Of a DNA stretch of 64,000 bases, positions 24,316-37,700 are shown in pieces (position 1 is the first letter of the stretch; each line of letters starts with the position of its first letter). Both the position numbers and the translations under genes were made by a program. This stretch comes from Psammoneis japonica (taxonomy: Eukaryota): NCBI GenBank assembly GCA_008632985.1, contig QPGO01000114.1, forward strand, positions 124,001-188,000, read 5' to 3'. The notes under the pieces were generated by a model, which ran no database searches, was not told the DNA's origin, and saw nothing but the letters and a program-made list of their open reading frames with translations.

Positions 24316-27300
24316 ATGGCAAACGACGATGATCATAAAGAGGACGACGGGCCAAGCAGTGGCAGTATTTCGGCTCTAGCAAAGAGTGCTTTTGATAAAG
24401 AAGATCAAAAGATTTGGAATGTAACCGCGCCCGTGGTAATTAAAAATCTGTCTCTCCGTAAAGATACTCATTCAACGTTTGGTGGTAGCAACACCAGCGC
24501 TGACAATGCAATTCAGACTGCTCCCAATTTTGCTACTGCCATTTTAGGTCGATGGCTTGCCGATAAATTGAAGCTGAGTGAACCGGCACCCGCATACCAT
24601 GAACGTTCTGACGACGAGAACAACGACTATGTATTTGAGAATTTGAACGCACTCGTCTTGCCCGGAGAAGCCACGCTCGTGTTGGGTCCGAGTTCAAGCG
24701 GAAAGACAACTTTGTTGCAAACCATATGTGATTTGGCAACCACTAAATTACCAAAACAAAAGCGCAAGTACATCGAGGGCACGCTCTTGTTGGGAAGCAC
24801 GGATCCATATGAATCGGCCGAAAACTTGACGCGCACGGCTGCCTTTGTCGATCAAAGCGACTTGACGCTGACTCCGATTTTGACCGTCGAAGAAACGGTG
24901 CGCTTCGCCAATTCTTGTGCAGATGCAACATATGATAAGGAGGCGGTCGATGAATATTTTCGTCTCGTGGGCCTCGACCATGTCAGGTCGACTGTGGTCG
25001 GAGATGCCGACATTCGAGGTGTTAGCGGTGGACAGAAACGTCGAGTCAAGCTTTTAGAAATGGCCGTGGGAAATAAAGTACGATTGCTTGCGTTGGATGA
25101 AATCACCAATGGGTTGGATGCAGCAACGGCTTTGGAAATTTGCAAGGTGGTCCAAGTTGCGGTTGAAGTAGCGGGAGCCACCGCGTTGGTGACCCTCTTG
25201 CAACCATCTAGCGAAGTGCTAAGTACCTTTGCGCGGCTCATTTTGCTTACCCAAGATGGAAAGGTTGCCTATTCGGGTAAAACCAGCGAGGCGATTCCCC
25301 ATTTTGAGTCACTGGGGCTCGTCAAGCCAACGGAAATGAATGAAGCTGAATTTCTGCTGCGCTGTGCAACCTCGCCGACGGATTTCTGGGAGGCAGGCGA
25401 AGACATTCCTATGAATGTATCCTCTTCGGCGAAAATTGTAAAGACCTTTGAAGACTCTCAAGCTGCTCAAAGAAATTTGCAAGAGATTTCATCAGTACAA
25501 GAGGCAGAAGTACTCAAGATGAGCAGCGGTAAAGCCAAGCAGAATGAAAACATGGCTAGTTTTGCTCGACCCATTCATGAGCAAATTGCCTTGTTGTGTG
25601 GACGTGGGTATAAACTTGTGGTGCGAAACCCATCCTCAATGCAACGGGTCTTGTTCTCGATTATCTTTGGTGCCTTCATTGCGACTCTGTTTCTTAACAC
25701 GGCATCCGACGCGGCGGGTACTTCTGTTCGAGCAGGCTACGGTGAGTGTCTCAGGTTAAATACTAACGACGTTTTTCTCGCGTTGAGATTCATACTAACT
25801 ATATTTGTCGCATCCTTCCCTTCCTGGTCCACTCTCTGCCTTAGTTTTGACGTTGCTCTTCTTGGTTTTTATCAATTCTACTTCTGCCCCACTTGACGAT
25901 CTATTCAAGGATAGGCTAACCTTCTACACTCACCGAAGGGCATCGGTAAGGACTTTGACATGTACTAGCTTTCTCGTTTCAAGGCTTTCCATGCAAGTCC
26001 TCAATCTTTGCTTGAATTTTCTTTTTACAGTTCTACCGGACATGCTCATACTACATTGCTCAATCGATTTGCTCGGCAATCGTTCCGTTGCTCGAGGCTT
26101 TCTTTCTTTCAATCATTTCCTTTTATGGGGTTGGCATGAATGCAAGGGGTGGAGCAGCATTTGCTTATTTTTGGGCAATGTTCTCTCTAGTTTCGTAAGA
26201 CAGTTCAACGCTTTGTGTCAAGAGCTACAGCTTTGTCATCGTTTGTTCATCATCTCGTCTCCTCCCTTTTTGTTGTTGCTTTGGCAGACTCTGTGGCGCA
26301 TCCATTTCACGCGTCTTGTCATATGGTCTCCCTTCAACTGACATTGCACAGAGTTTGGCACCGGCGGTACTGCTCTTGTTTGTTTTGTCAGCTGGCTATT
26401 CGCCGCAGTATCAACAGCTCCCAAGCTGGTTGCAATGGCTAGCTTGGATATCGCCTTGTGCTTACACCTACGAGGGTGTCATTGTCAGTGAAGTCTGGGG
26501 ACGCAACGTTGGAGATGTCAACGGCGATGTCTGGGCGCAAGAAAATCTTGGTATTCCGCGCATCCCTTACAAGGACGCTCCATCAAGCCTCGACTCAAAT
26601 GCAAAGGTCATGCTCTTTGATGCCATGATGCTCATTGTGCTCTCTGTTGTCTTTGACGTTCTGGCCTGCTGCCTACTCCATAATAGCCAAAAGTGGTTTG
26701 GTCCGACCACAAAAAGGTTTCAAGTTGCTTCTGGTATGAGTCTGTCAGCCCCACCATGGCCAAAGTCCGACCCAAGCGGGAGCGAGACTACCAGTGTAGA
26801 GGAAGGCCAGCCATCGTCAGACGAAGATACGTCAATTCCAAAGGCTCCGGCCGTTCACCTTACCGCCAAAGACATCGTTTATGAAGTTGACATTGCGGTG
26901 GATCCAAAGGAGACGCAGCCTGACTCAGAGGCTAAACCGCAGGCTTCAGCGAGTGAGGATAGAGGCGACAAGTCGACTGGCGTGATTGACGGAGAAACGG
27001 AAAGTCTAATGTTTGAAGAGCGAAGGGACGTTCTAATTACAGCGCGGGAATATGGACAGGCCGGCAAAGGTACGGCGAAGGAGTGGGCAATCAAGAGAAG
27101 GCTTGGCGAGGACGCCTTGAATACACCAAGTTCCTCAGCTAGTTTTCGAAGGTCTTCGTCTCGTTTAGAGCTTCCACCACCAGCACCCGGTCGTCTACGC
27201 CTACTTAGTGGCGTCACTGCATCGTTTGAGCCTGGTACAATGACGGCACTCATGGGAGAAAGTGGTGCAGGTACGTTCTTCTCTAATCTGCTTGCTCTTT

Positions 27301-28965
27301 TTGTTGTCTTTCGGCGAAATCCGTAGTTCGCCACGTTCACGATTCTTTTATGGCTTTCGTCCCTTACCATAAGGCAAGAGTACTCTGTTAGACGTATTGG
27401 CAGGCTACAAGACCGGTGGTCACATTGACGGAGAAATTAAAATCAATGGGAAGCCGAAGACGGACGAAACGTGGAAATCGATTTCAGGATACTGCGAGCA
27501 GGTCGATCTGCATAACCCGGCAATGACAGTTCGAGAATCGGTCATCTTTGCTACAAGACTACGATTACGTCCTTTTTCCATACCAGATGACGCCAGAATC
27601 TCCTTTGCTGAGCAAATCATAAGTCTCTTGGAGTTAGGAGAGGAGGCGGACATGCTAGTTGGCGACGAAGCGAGTGGAGAAGGATTACCGAAACATGCTC
27701 GAAAAAGGCTCACTGTTGGCGTCGAGTTGGCTGCAAAGCCGTCAATCGTTTTTGCTGACGAGCCGACAAGTGGGCTAGATGGGTTGAGTGCAGCTGTCGT
27801 GGTTGGGTGTTTGGAGCGAGCAGCCAAACAACAGGGTCTCACGGTGCTTTGCACGATTCACCAACCATCACAGGAGGTTTTTAAAGCATTTGACAACCTT
27901 CTGTTGCTCCGCAAAGGTGGCGAATGTGTCTACAATGGCAAGATTGAATATCTGGATTCGTATATGCAGGCAGCTCCAAACGGAGAAAATTTTGTGAGAC
28001 CAGCTGGTGCAAACCCCGCTGATCATGTTCTTTCCGTTTTTTCCCGCCAGCCGGGCGACGAGAAAGACTGGGGTGAGCTTTACAGGGACTCAGACATGGC
28101 ATTTTTGGCCAAAACAAGCTTTACATCCTGCTCATGTGAGTCGTGCAACTCTGTCGAGACTGCAATTGATGCAGCACCCATGAGCTTTTGGTCAGAGTTA
28201 TGGATTGTGACGCAGAGGCAAGCCCTGTCGCACTGGCGAACGCCTACTTACATGGCTGTGCGCTTTTGGTGGACACTTGTTGCGAATGTGCTAGTCGGCA
28301 TCGTTTACTTTCAGACTTCGGTAATTTTTGACATTATCGGAGCTATTTTCTTTTATGTGAACATCGCGACGGTACCGCTAACCTCCGCAATTGTACCGCT
28401 ACTGTCTGAGCGAGCTGTGTATTACCGCGAGGTTGCATCCGGAACCTATAGAAGGAGTACATACGGAATGGCAGTGCAGTTGGCGGAGGTCATTTTCAAC
28501 GTCGTCTCTGCCTTGGTGTCGTTTGTTGTGTTCTATTTCATGGTTGGATTGAAGAATGACGGCGACCGGATAATTTACTTCTTCCTGATGGCCTTGGCGA
28601 CGTACTGGATGCTCCCAACATTTGGGCAGCTGTTTGGCATGTTGTCTCCAAATGTAGGCGCAGCCGTAGGGACTGGGGCGCTAGTACTGACACTCTTTAC
28701 TCTCACGATGGGCTTCCTTCTACCCCCCAACAAGATTCCAGATTGGTACATTTGGATTTACTGGACTAATCCGCTACGTTATCTCCAACAAGGCTTCGTC
28801 GTCAACGAAGTTGGTGGCGATCCACTCGGTGATGAGATTTTGAGCCAATTCAGCTGGTCGTTTACCGACCGGTGGTGGTACTGCTATGTCGCCGTTCTCC
28901 TTTTCGGTGTGGTTGCCGGGGTGGGAGTTGTATGGTCGACAAAGATCAGCTGGCTCAAACGCTAG
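24316..28965 (+). CDS. Full-size ABCG/PDR-type ABC transporter (NBD-TMD-NBD-TMD); exons 24316-25741, 25845-25945, 26031-26194, 26288-27270, 27374-28965
   Basis: Walker A GPSSSGKTT, signature VSGGQKRRV, LDEITNGLD; second Walker A GESGAGKST formed across intron 4, FADEPTSGLD, CTIHQPS; four GT-AG introns splice in frame. Confidence 0.93.
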
Positions 28966-31900
28966 TCGCTCGAATGGCTGAATGAAGGAACCATATGAAC
29001 GTATGCAACAAGCCTGGTGCATGCATCTATATGGTTGGTTAAGGCCTCCGGTATGGATTGTGGTTGTGCGGATTTTGAACACCCATTCCTTCCTTCTTTA
29101 CCGTTTCTTCTCTACTCCAAATAGTAATGATTGTTGCATTCGGACGGCAGGGCCCTAGTGCTGCTTGCTTCAGCTCGTAGAACAGCACCATCTCTTGGCC
29201 AATTTTTGTTGGATTCCAGCCTGGTAGCTCCTGTAGGGTTACCCTCCAGAACATTCCTGAGCATGCATTATAATGCTTCTTTCAAAGTAACTTCTTGCAT
29301 TGTTTGCTTCGTTTTGTTTGTTTTAATGAGGGATTGATGTGCGGGCCCTTCAGACTGCAGAACTTTAGAAGGGATCATAAAATTGTCGGTGAACGTCTCG
29401 TTGAAATCAAGCAGGGATGCAAGACCACTGTGGAAGTTCTGCAAAGGGCCCTGCTCGTGAACCAACATGCCAACAAGACCCTTCCTCAGTCTGGGCATCA
29501 TCACAATGCCAGCAAAAGCCACCTGTGGAGTTGCAAGAAATGCAGGAGAGCTTGACCAACTGGATTCACAACAAAGATGGACACCTGTCCCATGACGTGA
29601 CAGTTGCCAGGCAAGACATTGCATCCCTGGGATCAAGAGCAACTTGAATGTGTGTGTCCTTGTCATTGTGATAGATCCATGTGCTTGGGTCCAGCGTCCT
29701 GTCATGACGAGAATTGCATCAACACAATCACTTGGGCACGCAAAAAAGCAGAACACCCAGAGAGTCGGCACATTGAATCGGCACAACAGAGCTGTCACAA
29801 GAGCTGCCAATCCATTGTCTTAGAGTGGGGCAAGATGGAAGACATGACCAGATGCAAAAACACTGCATTGTCTGGCCAACCAAGTCAGACTCATGGATGT
29901 TGATGAACCTGAATCACTCCAATGGTGCTCCTGCTGGGTGCTTTGCTTTTTGGAGCTTTGCTTCTCCATCATGACACATGGTGCTCTGATGCATGCTCTT
30001 TGCCAGAAGAAGAGAACTCCAGATGTTGCACTCTGGAGAACAGAAAGCATCAAAGTCACCAAGAGCAAGGGGTTGGTGTGCGCGTCAAGCCCGTGCTTTG
30101 CCACAAAAGCTGTTGGTGCAAAGAAAACTGCGTGAATGACTGGGGTGCTTTTTAATTTGTGTTGATGCCACAAAGCTTTGAACAAGGTTGATGCATTGTG
30201 CACAGATGTCATCAAATGAAGAGCAAGATGTTCCAATGCTGTGCATGGAAACCATGTGTGCACCAAGCATTGAGAATTGGGCATGATGACAGAGCATGAT
30301 TCAACCAGCCCCATTGTTTTTCTGGCAGTGGCACATCCCTGTGCATGGACAAAATTTTGAACAAGTTGAACTCAACCAAAGAATGTTGTGTTGTGTTTTG
30401 TTCTTTCCACCACCCTGTCCAAGACATGTTGACTGCCAGCCCTCATCAGATTTGCAGTCTGAGGGGTCATGCTCCTCCTTTGCCATGATGCACGGCCATC
30501 AACAAGAAGGAGTGCTGCTTGCCTGTGACACCCCAGAGGGGGCATGTGCAGGTTGTTGTGGCCCATCAGCTCTTGCAACAGCCACACTCAACATTTTTTA
30601 AAATGAGCAACACAAAAAAACTCAGAGCTTTCTGAACTTGGTGCTTTCCTGACCATGGGGCCTGTTGTTTGCTTGGTGCACCACCAGGGTTCTGGGCTTG
30701 TCTTTTTCATCAAGGTGTGTTCCCAATCTTGCCGTTTTAGTTGTTGACATCAGACACTTGTCAGCGGCAGCAATTGCAAGAAGTTTGAACTTGCATGAGA
30801 AGAAAGAAGGAGCACAACTCTGCCAATTTGTCATCATCAGAAAGGGGGCTGCTGGCACTTCTTCCAATCTTGCAGAGAGCTGCAATCTCACTAATTGCAG
30901 AGAGGGTGGTTGATGCATTGACAAGAAAAAGTGAGATGAAAACACATTGTGCAGAAGATCACAAGACAAAAAACAAGAAAAAATTCTGTGCTGGCCTCTG
31001 CCTTTTTCAATTCAAACACATCATGGATTTTTTTGATTTTGCACCAAGCACTTCTGTCCATGTGACCAGTTCCGGCAAAGATGGTGATGCCAAATGGCTG
31101 CATGTGCACCTCAAGTTGCAAAGTCATGTGTTGACAATTGCTGCTGCAAAAGGTTTTGGTGCTGGTGTTTTCAAAAAGCAACAAAGAGACATTTTGGAAA
31201 GGCAAAATAAAAAATGTGATGTGGAGCCAAACCCATGTGCTGGCATGCTTTTTTTCAAAATGTTTTGACACTTCGTGTTGTCATGAATGAAGGTGTAAAA
31301 TGACACACATTGCCATCAGACTGTGGATGGTTGCTTTTTGGGAGTTGACAAAGCCCGCCATTGCCTGTCATCTTTTCAGCTGCGGCCACTCAGTTGAGTG
31401 CATCAGGCAAGTCAGTCAAGCAGCAGATGTGAGGGCACAACGCTTTGAGCACTGCACAGTCATCTCAAAAAGCAGAGGCATTGTGTCACCAGCACATTGC
31501 CAGTGTGCCACAGTCAACCGCCTGCTGAAATCCATTGAGATGACAGCCTTCCTCCATTCTCCATTTGCACACTCAAGTTGTCACAACAGGGCAGCTCATC
31601 ATGTCATTGCCATGCTGCAGAAGCACTCCAGCTCTGGCCGGCAGAAAAATGAGCTGGGTGCATTTTCAACATCTGGAGAGTGTTCCCAGGCATGCTGGAA
31701 AGGGTGTGCTTCAAATGCAGAAGATGAGGTGCATTTGCAAGCTTGCCTGTTTTCCTGCTGAGGATCATTCGTGCACTGGCTGCTTGACAATTTTGAAACA
31801 GAGCTCACACACAGACAAAATTTGCAGTCCAAATGCCACATGCAGCCACTGACCAATTGTGCTCTTGCTCTTGCTGTCATGCTTTGCATCAGCTGTGTTG

Positions 31901-32691
31901 TGTTGCAATGATCATGACATCAATGGCTTCGAAGTGAAAATGACAGACGCAATTTGAACCCACTGACAGCCAAAATGGCTGCAGCTTTCAACAACCATGA
32001 TGGCCCAGTTTTTTCAACCTTGTGGAAAAATGAGTTGTGTGATGATGAGGGCAGCAGCATTTTGTGCAGTCTGACTTGTCAACAACAATGATGTGATGCT
32101 TGTTGCAGGCCACAGCACTGCAAAGAAGACAAAGCTGCATGGTCAGCAACAACAGCTGAGCCTTGTTTCAGAGGGCAAGCTCTTCTCCACTTCCACATGC
32201 ATTTCCTGCTCCATGCCATCAACTGATGCAATTGTTTCAGTCATTTGTGTCAGTGACATGGTGAAAAAGAGGCCAAAGTTGATGCCATTGTGTGGGCTGA
32301 ATTTCAGCATTTCTTCTTGCATCTTCTGAAGAAACTCAGGCAGTCATCAACGAATGTTTGATTTGTCAAATTGAGAGCAACTTGTGCTCATGTGTTGTGA
32401 CAAAAAATTGTTCAGGTGTTGCCAAAGAGTTGATTTTTGAATGAGAAGATTTGCTCCACATTCTTGTTGGCACATGAATGCAACAACAAATTGCATCTCA
32501 TGGCGCCATTTGGCAATCAACAACTCTTTCCACCCTCAGCTTCACACACACATGGGTGCACACACCAGACCTTTCTGCACATGCCCACAGCAATGCATGT
32601 GAAAATCATTGTGTTTCATCCTTTCAAAACTGTGCCAAAAGCTTGGACCATGTGTCACATGCAAAAAGGGGCATTTTTTGCGCATGTGCAT

Positions 32692-33085
32692 GATGTGTCC
32701 CAGGCACAGGTGGGAATCGTCCGTGTGACATTTGGCCCACAGAATTCTGCATGTGAGGAGCTCCACAGCAAAATCACCAGGCAATGAACATGTCATTGAT
32801 TGCCAACAGAAAAAGAGGCAATTTTGCAGATGCAGCACAAACTCATCCATGATTGAAGCACATCATTTCTCACTTGGCTGGGTGCATTCTTCAGGGATTG
32901 AAGAGCACACCTGGCCCCACAAATCTGTCAAATAAAAAGTCTGGGGTTTCATAAAACAGCAAGTCTGGGGCAACTCTGTGGGAGAGCACATGCAGAAATG
33001 TGTGCGCAAAACATGTGATGGATGACAAAAAATGACCATGTCACATGTCAGTGCTGTGAGCTCCCACCTGGGGCTGGAACGAGCC
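32692..33085. mobile_element. MITE copy 3, older, same subfamily as 36662-37061 and inverted relative to it
   Basis: Degenerate TIRs gatgtgtcccaggcacaggtggga / tcccacctggggctggaacgagcc and the shared subterminal gtgacatttggcccacagaattctgc. Confidence 0.8.
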
Positions 33086-34517
33086 ACACACCCAAGTGTC
33101 TCAAACGAGTCTTTGGGGCAGCAAACAAGAAGCCTGAGAGCACAAGGCTTTTGCAGAATGAGAAGAGGGCGCCAGAAATGTGACAAGATTTGCAGGTGAA
33201 AAAGGATTGTCTTTTGTCCAATGATGACACCAGCTTTCATTCATCAGCAGTGATGTGGCCTGCATGATGAGGGCCATGTCAATCGGCAGCAGAGTGGTGG
33301 CAGCAAGTGCCATCATCTCATGCTTGATGTGCATGAGGTCAATCAATTGACAGCTCATGCAAAGAAGTGTTTTGGAACATTGATGGGGTGAGAGGCAGCT
33401 TTTGTGGGACAGACAGACAGTGTTGCAGTGAAAGATGTGCCAACAACTGCTGCGCGTGCTGCTGCTGCGGCGCTTTTGGGCTTGCAACTCAGGTTGTTGA
33501 GCAGGCTTTGTGCCCACCTTTTAGCTTCTGCACCTGGCTGATGCAGCAATTGTGGCCAACATCAATGGGAGTGTGTTTGTGGGCTGTGAAGCCAGCTTGG
33601 GTTGGCGAGACTGAATGTGTGCTGGCTGGCAAGCCGCAAAGCGTTCTTGTCTGCAGGCTGTTTTTAATTTTAGATGGTGAAGGGTTGGGAGCAGTGTTGG
33701 GGAATGAAGCCACCACATTTGCACCGGCAAGGCAGTTGGCAGCTCTGGGGTGGCCAAAAGAAATGCACAAAATCACCAAGCTTAAAGAGCACCAAAGAGA
33801 GAGGGCAGGTCACACTGCTGGCCTGTTCCAGCTCCAGGTGCTCCACTTTTCATCACGCTAGATTTTCTGTGCAGTTTTCAGTGCCAGACATTTTTGTCTC
33901 CACCTGGCAGAGCTTGCACTTTTTGGCTTCATGCAAACATTGATTGTTTTGATGACATGACACATTTGTGACATTGATGATCATGTGCAACAACTGAGGT
34001 GCACAATGCGTCACAGGAAGAATCGTGTCAGTTGGCATTTAAAATTTCTGGTGATGCACAGAACAACACTGACTTCTACGAACACGTGCCGTCCACCCAG
34101 GCCAGCGAACACACACCAGTCACAACGCAGCACACCGCTGTCACCACTCCACAACCCCCTCTTCACCCTTGCGGTTGTTTGCAACCATCTGTTCCTTTCA
34201 TTTCAAAGTCACATCGTTGTTGTCGCAATGCGATTGCGGCTCTAAAGAGTTGCTGTCATTGCAGAGAACACCATCTCTTCGCATTCTCTTGTTTCGAATT
34301 CGGCAAGTTGCTTCATCGTGTTTTTTTTTACGCGTCACCGTGTGCGTGTGTTTTTCTGGTTGTTTCTCACGTCTTGTTTTATGGTTGTTTTGCACCAGGG
34401 CCATCGGAATTTCCACAAAACTGAAGCATTCGCCCAGTCGTTCTCCGAGTGACATTTTGCACTGGAGCCAACTTGTCTTGGTTTGTTTTCACTGTGACGC
34501 TCACTGTTTGTGCTCTC

Positions 34518-34757
34518 CAGCATCTGGAGCTGCCTTGGAGGCTGCCTCTGTTCATCCGTGTCACTTTCGCGGCAACTGACGTTGGCCCCCTCTCTGGAGT
34601 GCATTTGTCGCACAAGCGGGAGCGCAGCTTGCTGTTTGACACTTTTCAGCATCTGGAACTGCCTTAGAGGCTGCCTCTGTTCATCCGTGTCACTTTTGCG
34701 GCAACTGACGTTGGCCCCCTCTCTGGAGTGCATTTGTCATGCAAACAGGAGTGCAGG
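34518..34757 (+). repeat. Tandem repeat with 129-bp period in the left arm of the transposon
   Basis: cagcatctgg...ctctctggagtgcatttgtc at 34518 and 34647. Confidence 0.9.
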
Positions 34758-37700
34758 GGCAGTGCATTTGCCATGGACACATTGGCCAAAGCAGCCTCCC
34801 AGCAGCGTCCCATTGGCGGCAGTTCCCCTCAAGCAAACGACAACTCTTCCAGCACGTTGAAGGTTTCCATTTGCGTCCAGCGTTGCATCGAGGCACTCAC
34901 GGAACATTGCCCACTGCAGGGTGAAGCCAAAACTTGGCACACTGTGCCTCTCCAAGAGGCAGTCAATCCCCTTGAGTGCCCTCAAGGTCTTGCAGATTTG
35001 AGCATCTTGACCACAGAAGATTGTGCGTCAAAGAAGATGAGCCCTCTCTTTCATGTTCTTCATCACAAGAATGGTTTGGATGGGTTCAACAGTGCCAAAA
35101 CACAGAACATGTTCCGCGACACTGTTGTCGATTGGTTTTGTGAAAAATTCAACTCCGAGAATCGACCGCAACTGAACCAGCGCATCAAGGACAAGAGCCA
35201 GCACCTCTTGATGTTGGTTGTGGTGCCATCAGGAATGTTGATGAGGGACGCCGTGAAGGACAAGCAAAATGTTGCCACTGTTTTGATGTGCCGTGTCAAG
35301 ACAAACATTGGCCTGCTTGTTGATTGCATCTGTGTGACAGAGTCTGAGGTTGTGGAGGTTGGGACGGGCAATGAGAGTGAAAAGATCATGCTGTCGAGTC
35401 AAGGTGCATGTCCTTTTTTGATTGGACTTGCCCAAGCCATTTGCCATGGTGTTGTCAAGAAGATGGATGCATGTCTTCATTGTCAGAAGACATTGAAGTC
35501 TTGTCACATGGGAGTGATGGGTTTTGAGGACATCGCGGACACCATGAGTGATCGTTCTGACCTGGCGGATGTCCACAAGCACTGGGACTGGGATCATCTC
35601 ATGGAGAATGATCAAGGCAACACTGTTGCCCTGTGTGCAAAGGAGAGGATTGCTCCAATGAGCTCTGCAATTGTTTTGGCATTGCCTCATTCCAGCGCTG
35701 AGCATCAGAATGTCGCAACAGATGTCCGCAACAATGAAGACTGTTGGGACGAACCGCTTGTTGAAGGAGGATGCATCGCTGATCACCGACTCCACTTGGC
35801 ATCTTTGGTCAACATTCAAAAACTAGAAATGCACGATGATGAAAAGTCGACATTAGATTTAAAAGCGCATGCGTGGCTGCCGTTTGGCAACGTCGTGTTT
35901 CAAAGTTGGTGGGGAATTGAGTCTCCAACGGGGAAGAAGAACAATTTTGAAATGTTGGCTTTGAAGGGGTTGCATGTCAAGTTCTGCTGTGAAACAAAAT
36001 GTCCCATTCTATCTGCCAAACAGCATTGGGGTTCAATCTGCAACTGTCGCTCTGTTGCAAACGAAGTCGCTCAGAGGAAGCAGGTGGATGAAAAGCAACG
36101 TCGAAAACCACGCATCAGCTGCAAGAAGTTGAAGAAGACCATTGTGGATCACAGCAACGATTGTGTTTTTCATGTCAAGCATTGCAAAAGGGAAGAGCTT
36201 GAACAGTCGGATGATGACATGAAGGAAGATCCCTGCACTCCCGAGCTTCCCACCAACGTACAATGCAAAGTGCTCACAAGTTGCGTGAATGGCTGCAGGA
36301 GGATTTTCTCATTTGGGCCATGCGACCCCAATGACAGACTGCCATCCAAGGCCTTGTTTGACATCTTTGCAGGTTGGTGGCACAACCATGTGTTGCGGAT
36401 GACCTCTGATGGTGAGTGCAGAGGCACCACTTGTCCGCCGGACCAGCGGTGCAAGCCTTTCAAGCCGCGACAATGCTCCCAGTCAGTGGAGGCCGTCACC
36501 GAAGACAAACACATCTTTGAAGTTCACTTCCCCGCCGGACCAAGCAGGAAGGACCATTGCAAAGAGCCGCTCAATCACCTTGCTGATTGGTGCAAGGCAG
36601 CTCCTGGACTTGCATGGTGTGAGTTTTGCAGAAGGATTCGTTGCCATCATCACTTGCATCAGACGCGCTCCAGCTCTAGGTGGGACCTCGCACGCACTGC
36701 TGGACTGTGACACAATTATTTTTTGTCATCCGTCGTATGTTTTGCATGCACATTTCTACGTGTTCCATTGTAAAAAATTGTTCCACACTGCCTCTTTTGC
36801 GAAGCCAAAGGCTTTCTGTTTTCTGCATTTGTGACAACAAAAATGCGCTGGGTGTGTTCTTTAATGTCTAAAGAACATGCCCGGGCAAACCACAAATGAC
36901 GCACTTCAAATTTGGAGGAGGAGATACGTTCATAAAATTGCCTCTATTTCTGTCAGCGATCATTCATATTTTCATTGCTTGACAATTTTGCTACGGAGCT
37001 CGCACGTAGAATTCTGCGCGCCCAATGTCACAAAAAGTCCCACCTGGGATTGGAACCCGTCATCACGCCAGTGCCTGTCATGCAAGGTTGAAGGAAGAGC
37101 TGGAGGAGGAGGAAAAAGAAGAGGGGAAGGAGGGCACTCAAGAGACGGATGACCTGCAAAAGGCCGAGGCTGGCACTGCCAGGTTGCAACTGCAAGACAA
37201 AAACCAGGAGGAGGAAGATGGGGCCATGGATCAATCGTCTGAGGAAGAGGAGGAAGATTGCGGTGTGCGAGACGGAAAAATCCAGGAGGAGCAAGATCCA
37301 GAGGAAACTGAGGACGAGGAGGAAGATGAAGACAAGGAAGAAGTTTCTGAAGCCAAGGCTGCAGAAGAGAAGAGGGAGAAAGCCAAGGCTGCAAAAGAGA
37401 AGAGGGAGAAAGCAAAGGCTGCAGAAGAGAAGCGGGAGAGGGCGGGGGATGCTTTTTGCAGACGTGACAGGCAGCTCATGAAAGACACAACTGGTGTGCA
37501 AAAGGATGAGGATCTCATTGGCCTTCGCAGCTCTGTCCCGAAACCAAGGCCAAAAGGAGCCACTTCATGGCATCGGTTGACCAAAGAGCAGCGACACCAA
37601 CAAGAAAGGGATTGACTCGAGCATGAGTGCGAAGACGCTCAAGTGATGTTGCAGGTTAAAAAATTCATTTGGATTGATCCAAGTGCATGGAACAGCAGGC

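Noticed and set aside
29290..33800. Many 60-180-aa Cys/His-rich ORFs in all six frames (also 17-23, 45-49 and 54-56 kb)
   Set aside because: Explained by loss of TAA/TAG stops; not treated as genes or metal-binding proteins.
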